Virus record (IMG/VR): IMGVR_UViG_3300020426_000007
Coordinates: 1 to 45,166 of that record
DNA length: 45,166 nt
Source of the DNA: a virus
Taxonomy: Duplodnaviria; Caudoviricetes
Strand: one strand, 5' to 3'
Shown one piece after another: positions 17,401 to 26,496 of the stretch. Each line of letters begins with the position of its first letter. The stretch's first letter is position 1. The position numbers and the translations under genes are program-made. The notes under the pieces were generated by a model. That model made no database searches, had not been told where the DNA came from, and saw only the letters and a list, made by a program, of their open reading frames with translations.

Positions 17401-20400
17401 GGTTTCCGCCCTCATCATAGTATTTGTTCATCGCCTTCCAGAAGTCTATCTTATCTGAAGGGGTCAGAATGTTGTCGTATGCCCAGTGAGCAACCTCATG
17501 ATAAAAAGTGTTTTGAGGATTGATGGTCAACCCTTCTTTATGATCTAGGTTTATATGGCTTCTAACACCAGAGGCTTTGGTTATCTCAGTATTATGATAG
17601 TTGCCAGACCTATTAGATTTAAAACTCGGTCCTATGCCTCGATCACCACCGAGACTGTTTAAAAACTCTAGCGCATCATCTAACTCTGGTTGTGATCTTT
17701 TTGAAAATACTGCTTTAAGTTCTTCAATAGACTGCGCTCTTGTTGTGCTGTCAGCTATAAAACCCTCTGGGGCCATTCTATGTAACACCCCGTAGAGGTT
17801 TTCTAGGTGCATAGCTGTCTTGGCATTTGACTCTACTTTTCTCTGCCACCTTTGGGTTTCAATCGTTTTGGTAATAGAGAAAATATCTGAAGCAGTAGTG
17901 TTTGTATCTAATGTTGGCGCTCTACTTCCATACGCATATACAGTTGCGTTTTGAAGGGCTGGGGTAAGCATTTCTTCGGTTAGCTTAATCTTGCCCATAT
18001 CACTCATTGATACTGGCTCACCCATGCCAGTAGCCAAACCAGCTTCGTATCTAAATCCTCTTATCGGGTTGCCTTTTGTTGTTGCACCCTGATTAGGTTC
18101 TGGCGGTAGACTGTCAAATAATCTCGCTCTGTCTTTTGGTCTATTTGTATAACGGTCTCTTGGCGCATATCTGACTTCCCATCTTGATGGATCAGATTTT
18201 GGTCCGCTTTTGCCGATAACAACACTTATGTCCTGACCTTCTTGGGTGTTTGGATTAAGCATCCTTACATCATTTGGATCATCCATACTTCTGACAACAG
18301 CAATATGATCCCCCTTCTGTGGCGGGATTGTTGCTATCGTCTTGGTGTCTGGTGTTTCTGATGTAGGCTCGGTTTTTCTTACTGCCGCTTCCAATATTTT
18401 TATAAGCTCGGCTGGATTATCTTTATGTTTCTCAAGTATTCCAGCTAAGTCTATTGGCGTTTTTGTTGGCTGGTCTGCTGGTGCTGTAGAATTGTATTCG
18501 CCAAGACGAGTAGGGGATGGTTTTCCGCCGTCCCTAAACTCTAAGGCAAACTCAAGAGTGTCAAAAGCTCTGCCAGATACAGCATCGGCATAAGCAACAG
18601 TCCCTTTCGGAACCTCTATTGGTCCACCTCGGGTAAGTATTTTTTCCTTACCCATTGTTTCATATTCAACAACATCAGGGCCATTACCCGACCTTGCTCG
18701 AATAAGTGCGGCCTCAAAGCCAAACTCGTTTCGTCTTGGGCTTTTACCTGTAACAGTGTAGTCAGAGCCTTTACCTATTCGAGTTCCGCGTCTAAGCAAT
18801 CCTTGGATACGACCATTGTTTGACAAGCCTGCCGTTGTAAACTTAGCGGCCTCTCCTATTGCTTCTCCTGTTCCGCGAATTGGTGTCTCTGGACCTTGCG
18901 ACAAGACTTGTGATCTTGCCATTGTTTCTGCCGCATCATCTGTAAGGCCAGGGAATTGCTTTTTAAGAGTTGATTTCCTCGCTCTAATTTTTTTCTTTTG
19001 TGTTTGTGTTAGTTCTGTAGGCGGTACGCTCTCTTCAACAAACTCGTCTGGGAGACTATCTAAATGCCTGCGAAGCGCAATGAGGTCGTCGGCTGGTGTC
19101 GTAATGCTGTCGTCGTTGGCAATAGCTCTGATTGCCGCCTCTGCAACATTTACATCAACCTCTCCGTCACCAAACATGTCACTAATTCTGGCAAGCTCCT
19201 CATACGCTTTCTTTGCGTAATCATCTTCTGCTGTGGCTTTAGCGGCTTCCTTATCTATCTGATTCTTAGAAACAACTTTTCTTTTACCAGCGGGTTTTAG
19301 TTTATTTGGGTCTATCCCTTGAGCAAGGGCATATCCTCTTAGCTCTGCGGATACGGCTGACGGCTCAGGTTCCTTAGGAGGCGTAGTATCAATCTCAGGA
19401 GTATCTTCAACATCAGGTTTCTTGCCATCCAAATGCTCCTTAATCTCTCTAATGGTGGCGTTAGTTATCTTCCCAAAGTTACTGCCCTCAGATCGAGACA
19501 CGACACCGTTAGCAGGGTCATCTAAAATAACTTTAAGCTCGGCTTCGGTAATGCCGTATGGCTCCAGTATTTCTTTTTGTATTTTTTGTACTTGTTTCGT
19601 GTTGAGATAGGGAATATCCACTGGCGTTTCGGGAGGATCATCAAGCCCACCCTCCAGATTTGGGCCACTTTCTCCGCCACCCTTAACTTCTCCTAATCCT
19701 GGTGTCTCTCCCCCAACTTCGGGGTCTCCTTGTCCACCAGTTCCTTCTGCTACCCCTACGCCTTCTCCGCCCTTAGGAGCTTTGGGTACTTCTGGTCCTT
19801 CTGCATCTACCTTTGGTGGTTCAAGGTCTAGGCCACGAACGATGTCTTTCATAACATCGTTAAACTCAGGCTTACCAATAGAGCTTATAGCGTATCTGTA
19901 ATTGGAGTACGCTTCGTTATATTCAGCAACACGTTTTTGGAACTCAGCAGATTCTTTGGGGACGTTTGTTGCAAGGTCATCTATTTGTTTTTTCTTTAAC
20001 TCAACTCTTTGACCAAAGTTACTAAGAGTTTGTAGAGCCGCGATCTGATCTCTTGCTTCTTGGATTTGTGCATCGAGAGAGCCGTCAACATTATCGCGCC
20101 TTAAGTTTGTTTCAGCGGTTTCATATTCTGTAATAGCGGCTTCAATCTGAGATTTTTCGTCCACCATTCTTATTTCGTCTGGGGACAACTCTGGTTCTGT
20201 TGGGGCGGCTGGGTCCGTGCCGTCAGCGTCAAGAGCTTGGTCTGCTGAACGTGCCGACCCTTCTACAAGCTCTCCAGACTTATATTTTTTGACTAACTCT
20301 TCACCCTCTTTGTGTGTCATTCGGGCGATTTCGTCGTCTGTCATTCCAGCAAAACGACCAGCTTCCGCTTGTTGTGCGCCTGTTGTTCCAAAAATTTCAC

Positions 20401-21112
20401 CAACACGACTATCATATCCTGTTCGCCCAGCGACCCCACCGAGAACCGTACCAGTTCCCATACCGAAAGCTGTACCTAACGCTGTTCGACTTGCTATATT
20501 TCCTAAATCTACTTCTCTTTGGTATCCGAGGTTCTTCCTTTCGTTCTCCTCCATTGTCGCCATGATGCCTTCATGCGCACCACCTATAGCGCCCTCGTAT
20601 ATTGCGCCTCTTCCAGCACCAGCCCTCGCCGCTTGCCAACCAGTTTTACCCGCTTTATATGCGCCTGCTCCAGCTTGGAACGCTTTACCAAAAGGAATTA
20701 AGTTTATGGGGTCGAGAAGAATAGCACCCGCACCTGATGACAAAGCACTAAGCCAGCCTCGTCCGCCTTCTTCCCAGAATTGTGGCGCTCTTTCGTAGAC
20801 TTTATTTAACCGCATAAGACGATGTTTGCCTTCATCGCTTAGTTGGGTTGACTCATACAAACGCTTTGCGCCACCCATAGTGTTAAGGCTTCCCCAAGTT
20901 TTATCAGAATAAAACTCGTCAACGATTTCCTCGTCAGTCATGCCTTGAACATTGTGACCTAGCTCATTGTAGTGAGCGCGAAGATCAGCAATTACGCGGG
21001 GGTCATATAATGGATTTTTACCACGAAGGTCTGTTGTATAGTCATTATCAGCTGTGAATGGATCATCAGCTTGACCAGGGTTGTACTTAATCCCTAAGTC
21101 TCTGTCTGCCAT
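11426..21112 (-). CDS. giant polyvalent internal virion / ejection protein (two zincin-like HExxH domains and an ADP-ribosyltransferase-like domain)
   Basis: 3228 aa; N-terminal Gly/Ala hydrophobic segment; YHEVAH...ELFA and IHEIGH...EEWFA; YHGT...GFYGPGTYLT...YA...GYDG; last gene of the ejection cluster. Confidence 0.8.
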   Translation of the reverse strand: MADRDLGIKYNPGQADDPFTADNDYTTDLRGKNPLYDPRVIADLRAHYNELGHNVQGMTDEEIVDEFYSDKTWGSLNTMGGAKRLYESTQLSDEGKHRLMRLNKVYERAPQFWEEGGRGWLSALSSGAGAILLDPINLIPFGKAFQAGAGAYKAGKTGWQAARAGAGRGAIYEGAIGGAHEGIMATMEENERKNLGYQREVDLGNIASRTALGTAFGMGTGTVLGGVAGRTGYDSRVGEIFGTTGAQQAEAGRFAGMTDDEIARMTHKEGEELVKKYKSGELVEGSARSADQALDADGTDPAAPTEPELSPDEIRMVDEKSQIEAAITEYETAETNLRRDNVDGSLDAQIQEARDQIAALQTLSNFGQRVELKKKQIDDLATNVPKESAEFQKRVAEYNEAYSNYRYAISSIGKPEFNDVMKDIVRGLDLEPPKVDAEGPEVPKAPKGGEGVGVAEGTGGQGDPEVGGETPGLGEVKGGGESGPNLEGGLDDPPETPVDIPYLNTKQVQKIQKEILEPYGITEAELKVILDDPANGVVSRSEGSNFGKITNATIREIKEHLDGKKPDVEDTPEIDTTPPKEPEPSAVSAELRGYALAQGIDPNKLKPAGKRKVVSKNQIDKEAAKATAEDDYAKKAYEELARISDMFGDGEVDVNVAEAAIRAIANDDSITTPADDLIALRRHLDSLPDEFVEESVPPTELTQTQKKKIRARKSTLKKQFPGLTDDAAETMARSQVLSQGPETPIRGTGEAIGEAAKFTTAGLSNNGRIQGLLRRGTRIGKGSDYTVTGKSPRRNEFGFEAALIRARSGNGPDVVEYETMGKEKILTRGGPIEVPKGTVAYADAVSGRAFDTLEFALEFRDGGKPSPTRLGEYNSTAPADQPTKTPIDLAGILEKHKDNPAELIKILEAAVRKTEPTSETPDTKTIATIPPQKGDHIAVVRSMDDPNDVRMLNPNTQEGQDISVVIGKSGPKSDPSRWEVRYAPRDRYTNRPKDRARLFDSLPPEPNQGATTKGNPIRGFRYEAGLATGMGEPVSMSDMGKIKLTEEMLTPALQNATVYAYGSRAPTLDTNTTASDIFSITKTIETQRWQRKVESNAKTAMHLENLYGVLHRMAPEGFIADSTTRAQSIEELKAVFSKRSQPELDDALEFLNSLGGDRGIGPSFKSNRSGNYHNTEITKASGVRSHINLDHKEGLTINPQNTFYHEVAHWAYDNILTPSDKIDFWKAMNKYYDEGGNLDKDAIQNKLASYGGMEYEHEILGTQKFGGGNSMSSPQELFANQFDIWVTRKRHFAGTDTFWQKINRYVKAIIQRYAKDAEIDPDLEKLFSKILPDTERPKFKLGADAKPTTDYTKHINKRWTELSLIREDLEDALHRDSASGIVQATKDLVGFMLSVAPRYSKKKLAEMSAAGLPVSRTFGPFDGRRGMRRTIHDRIDDLTEILSGKNTDWDGITGKTDETAGYYDDGLSLSADEQDVADLIRDFWENGYNGKYKPSRGISPGAEKKMENTSLSKTMDNMKNALEAHYNAKELGKMPGDRPATEPKTTPRGKANSAVRKKKKLDARSKKAVDNEAKNIAKTPPSKRKKTNKPKVTDSNAPDIKEKNPDELRKLYVEHRGTEFGDQIAIELLRKEKAIPPPKTVKVTREIMSLGKADLEQRYLDALELNNSKDIDMILSELRRRHANKGLKKGDPGKITATFIQKSGLLRTEINDNRGISTHDGVPSYARASVRELLGTITHRDPEIEYTARTMTYRMLNMMGKTQQQAIGRMNIFSSEDLARLAGEQPGATDTPLFADLRGPHFKKLRSDMRRLSVGLTKGETSPYDIIHEIGHMLVRANVMPDEEMTAIRELYMKADDPVKKRVQSKYGAKYVNRDDKTQDALLAEEWFAESLTEYMAERVARGDIINSVVTGDVSKIRLRNTFERALDRMVEYMAYTVNGLIGRNDIKQQFRRLALYGDMFEADDKFPLKNMVRSGPAVHPSLASDAVKDYVMATPRAKREQMMDFVRGGISHDEGMDDIIPYYHGTPNGYAFNRNTNPNVVLRPSTIGFYGPGTYLTDSPVAASGTYAKKPTPESMRQQIMDTDLTDEQKEELIYEAMDLHEIRKQISKGRRNYWLAESVGDKDAIQKYKEDLDEMVDAEEAIQDALGEAGIKTDPMVIPTVVNVRNPIDFRETASYTTADDNAVRAILDYLNMTDSLQQNALGKFASAFEDGPLNGKQMYLSLIELLKGSGRGGRRAQSELNGVLEDIGYDGMLTTHYNTQDAAGNIARMANGETYEGVQIPHTGVVVFDIGNVKHIDANEFDTSDPRLFKREDMAIPKGLNGEVLNMITEGDIDGVADIPSGMVGDILEVNHVDRSITSAIMSIGKKRPLDVREEQALKKATPMGLWSSQSTAMRDIGAKWTGDWFENHFPDVHQRFAKTYMPLKRLMEELPDARGYVGSWFERGPRTLLSPLLPRQLKAKQPKSHARIVGALRFGTGSRQYAELTNQEKKVYQAVRGAFDQEWVKMNELGIFVGKRENYLPQIWDKEKIASNEPKFIADMMEYYQLEGTSLGIVRTSDEARKFADEIFIRLTADDADGHFMPQKAGSRNSVSDHIDHGRVLELEKYPLSMAKLQDFLEDDLDALLVKYFDGTSRRVAQTEQFGVNAHGFYDYMYIAEKGRQAIADLLSKNKTFRKNFSALGEEGHMEDVTLDDLVVMPFAGKPMMATRFVSALVAEQLKNGSAGVEKMLDDVAVTGFGGVVPPAYTRRKEAIVAALRDFNGEKAQWDNGTFDFMENALRVAQKKPQVGGFSNKLNRTSKVLRGINSVTLLGWTTLTSLPDTALPIIRSGSIKDWAKGIYKYKNDPEFARMIQNVGVAIENIVHERQLHMYGAIDGKMTNAFFNATMLTPWTDLNRKIAAATAYESFKSMQAKAAKSYRKDLGNLANQTTEYKTAHRYLMKVGLGDFLPTGSRRGENISNPRLLEDDPQVRTAVIRFANQSVFQPNVDDMPLAWQTPFGAIVTQLKSFPLMMHRLFMHTVNEAFGVTKADGTAGKLTLNFNKANKNFAPLAYLLTLGPLAGAGALGVKDVIQMRGGEEEKEMAFRKRSAAKFLGFKEEQHGDIDKFLGWYLEGMMAMGGLGILADLFHTTSQQIDNAAYGRERIMSTLLGPSYGLATTGINITAGITDAVFDRTKSNAKERTAVRDVVARIPVLGGNKAFKEGTVTAIAGEPTGRKGKRKIPDWY

Positions 21113-21144
21113 GAGCGGTTCTCCAGTTTCCGTCTACTGGAGTA

Positions 21145-21175
21145 AGAATATATTTATATGAGTTGTCTGTCGTCC
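21145..21175 (-). promoter_or_regulatory. putative phage-specific promoter P2 (GGACGAC-N18-TATTCT)
   Basis: Intergenic, begins immediately after the upstream stop codon. Confidence 0.75.
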
Positions 21176-23113
21176 TTAATTGAACAGATCACTTAATAAT
21201 CTAACTATAGCGTTCGGTCTCTCATTAGGATTATATTCTAATAACTCGGTTGCTTCTTCCTCTAGCTGTAGATATTCGTTTTTCATCTCTTCTTTTTTTG
21301 CTCTGATAAATTCGAGCAACTCTCCATACCCTCTTTGATATGTGGCCCTTACATCATTAGCCTCGTTGTCTTTCCATCGAGAATCTTTTGTGCCAGTCTT
21401 GAGCCAAGATGTTGGACCCTGAGAGCGCTCTCTTCTGCTGTTCCAATCCGTGTTAGCTTCTCTAAGTTTTTCTTCAAGCTCGACTTGGAATTTCTCGAAC
21501 TCTTGGACTTTATATGCAAGTTGTTTCATTTCTGCATCAAGAACTTCTCCTCTGTCAGAACCAGCGGGCGGCAATGGAATATTAGCCATTGCGTTTCGTT
21601 CAATCATGGTGTCATATTCGCTATATGCTTGAAGTCTTTTGTCTTGAAGGTCAGAAAATCCGTCTATCCATTCTTTAAACGTAGAGATGTCGTAGCCACC
21701 TTGTAACTCTATAGCTTTATCAACTCTTTCCTGACTGTACTCGCCTTGGCGTTTTAGAAGTCTTCCCATCGCGCTATCTTGCATAGCTTTCGCATAAAGC
21801 TGTTGTGCAGACCAGTTGTCCCCACTACGATCCTCAAGCTCGGTTACTATCTCAAGCAATCTGCTCTGCACTGCTGGGCTGGGATAAAAGTTTTGAGCGA
21901 TTTGTTGAAAAACTTGAACAGTCTTTGCAGGGCTTTCTTCGTTATTATAGATGTTAGTTTTAGAAAGTTCCTTCACGCCCTGGTCAAATCTTTCATTAAT
22001 AGAGTCAGTAACATCACCTGTAACTCTTGCCCTAACTTCGTCTTGGGATTTTGTTCTTTGAGCCGCCTGAGTATTCTGAGCAATTCTAATTAATTCGTCG
22101 GCAATGGCTTTAAACTTTGTGTCGCCTACCTGTTCTGGCGGGGAACCAAAGTGTTTCATAAATTGATCTGGCGACATTTGATTTACAAAACGATTTTTTA
22201 CTTTCGCAAGAATTTCATCATATCCATCGTTTAATAACCCAACCATAAAGTCTTGATCTGTGTCCATGCCAGTTCGGATATTCCTAAACGCCTCTGCCGC
22301 CTGTTGCGATACTTCGTTATCTAGTCTGGTTTCTTCTGAATCAAAAATAGACCTTAAATTTGTTTTTAAGTTTTCTGTCATTTTATAGATACCATTTTCT
22401 TCAGTATCTTTTATAAATGCGTCAATGTCCCCACCTCTTGCGGCAAGTTTTACAACCCTGTCCTCAAGAACACCCGTCTTATCTAGCCAGTGGTCGTTCC
22501 TTCTTTTTTCATATTCTGAGTTTGCCATATCAATTAGCGGATCGACAAAGTGAGGTTGCACTCCCATCAACTGAGCAAACTGTTCTTTGTTCTCAACCTT
22601 ACCACCAACACGAGTTAGGTAATTTGCCGCTTGATCGACTTTGCCAAGCAATAACTGACCCTGCTGTGTCATATAGTTGTTATTTGAAAAGTAATTGTCC
22701 AACGCACCTTTGACTAACGGACTGACCTCGCCAATAGAGCCATAAAACTCTTCTTTTCTTTTATCTATTTCGTCTGGCTTGCCACCCATAAGGAATGGCT
22801 GTGCCATTTCTTGATATAATTTTAAACGATCAAACTCACGGAGCTTTGCGTCATGCGCTTCTTTTGCTCTTTTTGCGGCAAGATTTCTTGCGTTCTCACT
22901 AGCCATGTTTCTAAGAACGTCTTGGCTTGGTGCGCCACCACGTATGTAGTTAGACCCACCTGCCATCTGGTCAATATAATCCTGATAATCCTTGAACGTA
23001 GCGTAAGGGTTGTCTTTTTTAAAGGTCTCAAACGCTTTAGCAAAATCTCGCCGTTGGCGAGTATTATACTTTTCGCGTTCACTCCAACCTGAGTACCATT
23101 GTGAAAAATCCAT
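21176..23113 (-). CDS. putative internal virion (ejection) protein
   Basis: 645 aa, helical composition; position in the ejection cluster. Confidence 0.6.
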   Translation of the reverse strand: MDFSQWYSGWSEREKYNTRQRRDFAKAFETFKKDNPYATFKDYQDYIDQMAGGSNYIRGGAPSQDVLRNMASENARNLAAKRAKEAHDAKLREFDRLKLYQEMAQPFLMGGKPDEIDKRKEEFYGSIGEVSPLVKGALDNYFSNNNYMTQQGQLLLGKVDQAANYLTRVGGKVENKEQFAQLMGVQPHFVDPLIDMANSEYEKRRNDHWLDKTGVLEDRVVKLAARGGDIDAFIKDTEENGIYKMTENLKTNLRSIFDSEETRLDNEVSQQAAEAFRNIRTGMDTDQDFMVGLLNDGYDEILAKVKNRFVNQMSPDQFMKHFGSPPEQVGDTKFKAIADELIRIAQNTQAAQRTKSQDEVRARVTGDVTDSINERFDQGVKELSKTNIYNNEESPAKTVQVFQQIAQNFYPSPAVQSRLLEIVTELEDRSGDNWSAQQLYAKAMQDSAMGRLLKRQGEYSQERVDKAIELQGGYDISTFKEWIDGFSDLQDKRLQAYSEYDTMIERNAMANIPLPPAGSDRGEVLDAEMKQLAYKVQEFEKFQVELEEKLREANTDWNSRRERSQGPTSWLKTGTKDSRWKDNEANDVRATYQRGYGELLEFIRAKKEEMKNEYLQLEEEATELLEYNPNERPNAIVRLLSDLFN

Positions 23114-24576
23114 TACATACCTGCTTTGTTTCTATTAGACCACCAGTTGTCGAGACTTTTCTCGAACCCTGCTTCATCAAAGAAGTTCTTCATAGCATCT
23201 CCAACACCTTTGCCTGCCGCTCTAGCATTTTCCGCTGATGACATAGCAACTCTATTTTGCTCGCTGGCAAGATTGTTATAAATGCTTGCTGGGTTTCCAA
23301 TACTGTAGTTACCAACTTTTGATACATATGGGTCATAAATAGCAGACCTTACATTAAAGAACCCAGCGTCACTAGCGGTGGATGGCCTTCTATACTCAGC
23401 TAACCCTGTACCAACTCTCATATCGTCATATATAGCAGAGGTAATGTTTACAGGCGAACGGTAATTGTTTGCCGACATAATATCCCTATCAAGTATTCCA
23501 GTAGGCGTTGCTCCCAATAAATTATATTGACCAACAGTAGATGTAACCCCAGGCAACTGAGCAAAGTAATTCATCCCAGCTTCAGCGGCTCCAGTAGCCA
23601 TAGCCATACGGTCTCGGTTCTGTGCCATCTGTTGAATAATTGGCTCGTTTCTTGCCGCCGCTATCCCCGAAATGTAACTTGTAGCTTCGTCCCTAGCCCT
23701 CTTTCTCGCATCTGCATACTCACCCGCAAGACGAGCGGCAATTCTAGCTCTTTCGTCTGTGGCGGTGTCACTCTCATCCATACCTCTGCGGATAAGACCA
23801 GCTTCGCCAACTGACGCAACTCGATCTGCGGCTCTGTCAACATCAGCTACATACTGCTGTTCTCTGCGCAGAGCTTCAGACATAATATCTCTTTGATCTA
23901 CTTGTGCTAGTGGCTGGACCATAGGCAACTCATCGTATGCCATTTGAGCCGTTTGGCTTAGTTCGTCCATTCTTTGCAGAAGTCGGTTTCTAATGCCGAG
24001 GTCGTATTCGCGCTCGTCTTGGTAGTCCTGGCGGGCTTGACCCATTTGAGAAATATAAAATTCTCTTTCGATGTCTTTTTCTGCCCTGTCCTCATAGAAG
24101 CGAATAAGCTCTTCTTCTCTTTCGCCAGACGCTATCTCTTGCGCTCGCTTCAATTCTTCCAAGGCAAACGCTCTTTCTTGTGCGCTCAACTCTTGGTTTC
24201 GCAAAAGCTGTTGCAGTTGAAACTCACGTTGTTTAGCCGCCGCTCTATCCTCAGTTACCTGACGGCGTATGTCAGCGGCCCTCTCTTCTAGTAACTGTGA
24301 CTTGTAAGCGTTAAGCTCATTGATTTGAAACTGTCTTTCCTGACCAGCCTGCCGCCTCATCAATGAGTTCATAACTCTTTGATAGGCGTTTTCTTCTTGC
24401 TGTATTCTTCTATCAGCAAGACTTAAATTAAATTGAGCGTCAGCAAGGTTCTGCGATTGTGAGGCACGAAAGTTTGCCCACTCACGATCACGTTGAGCCT
24501 GCTTCGCCGCTGTTGAAGCGCCGAAAATAGAGCCTGCTAAACTTGCTCCCGCTCCGACTACTGCACCAAAACCCAT
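23113..24576 (-). CDS. putative internal virion (ejection) protein
   Basis: N-terminal GAVVGAGASLAGSIFGA segment followed by Gln/Arg-rich coiled coil. Confidence 0.7.
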   Translation of the reverse strand: MGFGAVVGAGASLAGSIFGASTAAKQAQRDREWANFRASQSQNLADAQFNLSLADRRIQQEENAYQRVMNSLMRRQAGQERQFQINELNAYKSQLLEERAADIRRQVTEDRAAAKQREFQLQQLLRNQELSAQERAFALEELKRAQEIASGEREEELIRFYEDRAEKDIEREFYISQMGQARQDYQDEREYDLGIRNRLLQRMDELSQTAQMAYDELPMVQPLAQVDQRDIMSEALRREQQYVADVDRAADRVASVGEAGLIRRGMDESDTATDERARIAARLAGEYADARKRARDEATSYISGIAAARNEPIIQQMAQNRDRMAMATGAAEAGMNYFAQLPGVTSTVGQYNLLGATPTGILDRDIMSANNYRSPVNITSAIYDDMRVGTGLAEYRRPSTASDAGFFNVRSAIYDPYVSKVGNYSIGNPASIYNNLASEQNRVAMSSAENARAAGKGVGDAMKNFFDEAGFEKSLDNWWSNRNKAGM

Positions 24577-24587
24577 ATCCTAACTCC

Positions 24588-26495
24588 TTAGCCGCCTATC
24601 TGGATAGCCCCAAGTGACGAACTAAACGGGGTTCTTCCACCTAAGTAGTTGTCCTCTTCCTCCTCAGTTGGGTTATATCTAGCCACGTTTGAAGCGGCTG
24701 TTGGCGTTGAGAAAGCGGCCCTTCCGAATGTTGGCGTTCCGCCTGACCCAATTTGAATTGCCTGTTGAGCGCTTGCCGTTCTGTTAGCAACATTCTTAGC
24801 GTCCTGTTCAAGTCTTGATCTCTGCGCTTGTAACCTTTGTTCGATTACTGCAATCTCGTCCAAGGCTTGTTGAGCATTGTAAAGGTCGATGTTTTTTTCC
24901 ATCTGTAAAGCTCTAGCATCAGGATCATCTAGGTCTGAAAGGGCGTAGTACGATCCACTTTCTATCTCTTCAAGAAGTGTTTGTGCGTTTTCCTCAAGAG
25001 TATTCCTGTATGCCCTCAGTTCATTGATTCGGTTATCAATGGCTGTTCTCTGAGTATCAATTTCAGCTTGGATTTCATCTACTCTGCCTCCAGAAAACCT
25101 ACTAAAGTCTCCAGACGCAGTATCTAAGGCATCGTAGTAATCACGTATAGCGTCTTCATCATACAAAGGCACATCAGCCAGACCAGCAGTCGCGCCACCT
25201 ATTGCATCTGATATTGCATCAAGTTGGCTCTGCCGTCGAGTCCCCAGACCCGTTATTGCGTTTAATGCTTGGTCTCTATAAAAACCGCCTACGTTTTCTG
25301 GATTGTAGAGAGTATCACCAAAAGGCGTACTAAAGTTGTCTATGTCATACTGAAGCCTATCTCTCGCCAAGCCCAAAGCATCTAACCCAGCCTGACTGTA
25401 AATACCTGTATCCTGAGCAGTATTAAAAAGGTCTTCGTAAGCATCAGCTTGATCTTCTATAAAGTCAGATACTCTTTCTCTCTCTACGTTTCCTTCGTTT
25501 ATAAGCCCTTGTAGTTGTTGTTTGAGAGCATTTAACTCGGCCCTTTGACCGCTAAAATCGCCCCCAAGTGGTGAACTGAACCTATTTATCTCTCTTTCTT
25601 TTTGCGTGATGGTATTCATAAGAGCGTCAATTTCAGCTTGCTTAGTATAATCACCAGCTAAACCACCAAAGGTTGTTCTTCCCGTGTCAATAGCGCTGTA
25701 AAGATCAGAACCAAAATTAGCTATTCGTTGGTTCTCTGCCGCAGTTTGCGCACCTATAGCGTCAAGAGAAGTCCTATAACCTTTTATTGCATCTCTAGCT
25801 TTTTGAGCTTCGTTACCAGCAATGCCGTCACCATCAAAGTCAATGAAACTTGCGATGGGGCTTCTTACATTGCCAAGGGTAGCTTCAAGAGTATTTAAAT
25901 CTCTGTATGAGCTATTAAGGTTGCTACCTATTCCCATTTGACCAATATCAAATGCTGTGTTTGCGGTATCTAAATTGTATTGATCGTAGATACCTTGAAG
26001 CCGTGCTTCTTCTGCCGCGCCTTGCGCTTGCAAATTAGCAATCGTAGAACCGAGTTCATCTAACTGAGCGCCAAACCCAGAAGAGTCTATATTCATTGCC
26101 TCATTAAGGGTTGGCATTTCATTTGCGCCAATGCTGACAGAACCTATACCTCCCTCACCCATAACAACAGGATCGAATATAGGTTTTTCTGGCATTTGCA
26201 ATGCGTCGAACTGTGCTTGCAATCCTGAGGCTGTATTTAAAGGATCACCAGCGAGAAGGCTCTCGTTTACAGAAGTGGTTGGGTCATCATACAACTGATC
26301 GTAAGTTGCGCCAGCAAATGAACTTTGCAATTCGCTACCTTGATCTAGTATGTCTTGCACACTTTCGTTGTAAGCCGCCAAACTTTGGTTATACGCATCT
26401 GCCTGAGATTGATAATCTGCAAGCGTATCCGCTTTTAGCTGATTTCTTTCAGCTGTATAATCAGGGGGTTTAGAACCTCCGCCGCCACCACACAT
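24588..26495 (-). CDS. putative internal virion protein
   Basis: MCGGGGGSKPPDY N-terminus directly after the GNAT; acidic coiled coil. Confidence 0.65.
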   Translation of the reverse strand: MCGGGGGSKPPDYTAERNQLKADTLADYQSQADAYNQSLAAYNESVQDILDQGSELQSSFAGATYDQLYDDPTTSVNESLLAGDPLNTASGLQAQFDALQMPEKPIFDPVVMGEGGIGSVSIGANEMPTLNEAMNIDSSGFGAQLDELGSTIANLQAQGAAEEARLQGIYDQYNLDTANTAFDIGQMGIGSNLNSSYRDLNTLEATLGNVRSPIASFIDFDGDGIAGNEAQKARDAIKGYRTSLDAIGAQTAAENQRIANFGSDLYSAIDTGRTTFGGLAGDYTKQAEIDALMNTITQKEREINRFSSPLGGDFSGQRAELNALKQQLQGLINEGNVERERVSDFIEDQADAYEDLFNTAQDTGIYSQAGLDALGLARDRLQYDIDNFSTPFGDTLYNPENVGGFYRDQALNAITGLGTRRQSQLDAISDAIGGATAGLADVPLYDEDAIRDYYDALDTASGDFSRFSGGRVDEIQAEIDTQRTAIDNRINELRAYRNTLEENAQTLLEEIESGSYYALSDLDDPDARALQMEKNIDLYNAQQALDEIAVIEQRLQAQRSRLEQDAKNVANRTASAQQAIQIGSGGTPTFGRAAFSTPTAASNVARYNPTEEEEDNYLGGRTPFSSSLGAIQIGG

Positions 26496-26496
26496 G

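Noticed and set aside
12225-20798. Many plus-strand ORFs opposite the giant gene (and similar ones opposite other structural genes)
   Set aside because: Antisense shadows with no SD or recognisable motifs.
11426-21112. Virion RNA polymerase (N4- or crAss-like), suggested by size
   Set aside because: No recognisable polymerase catalytic motifs; the motifs found point to peptidase- and ART-like domains.
25824-25844. DFDGD in the 635-aa protein, resembling the RNA polymerase catalytic NADFDGD
   Set aside because: It lacks the NA/R context and sits in coiled-coil sequence with no double-psi barrel features; it fits a DxDxDG Ca-binding loop or chance better.
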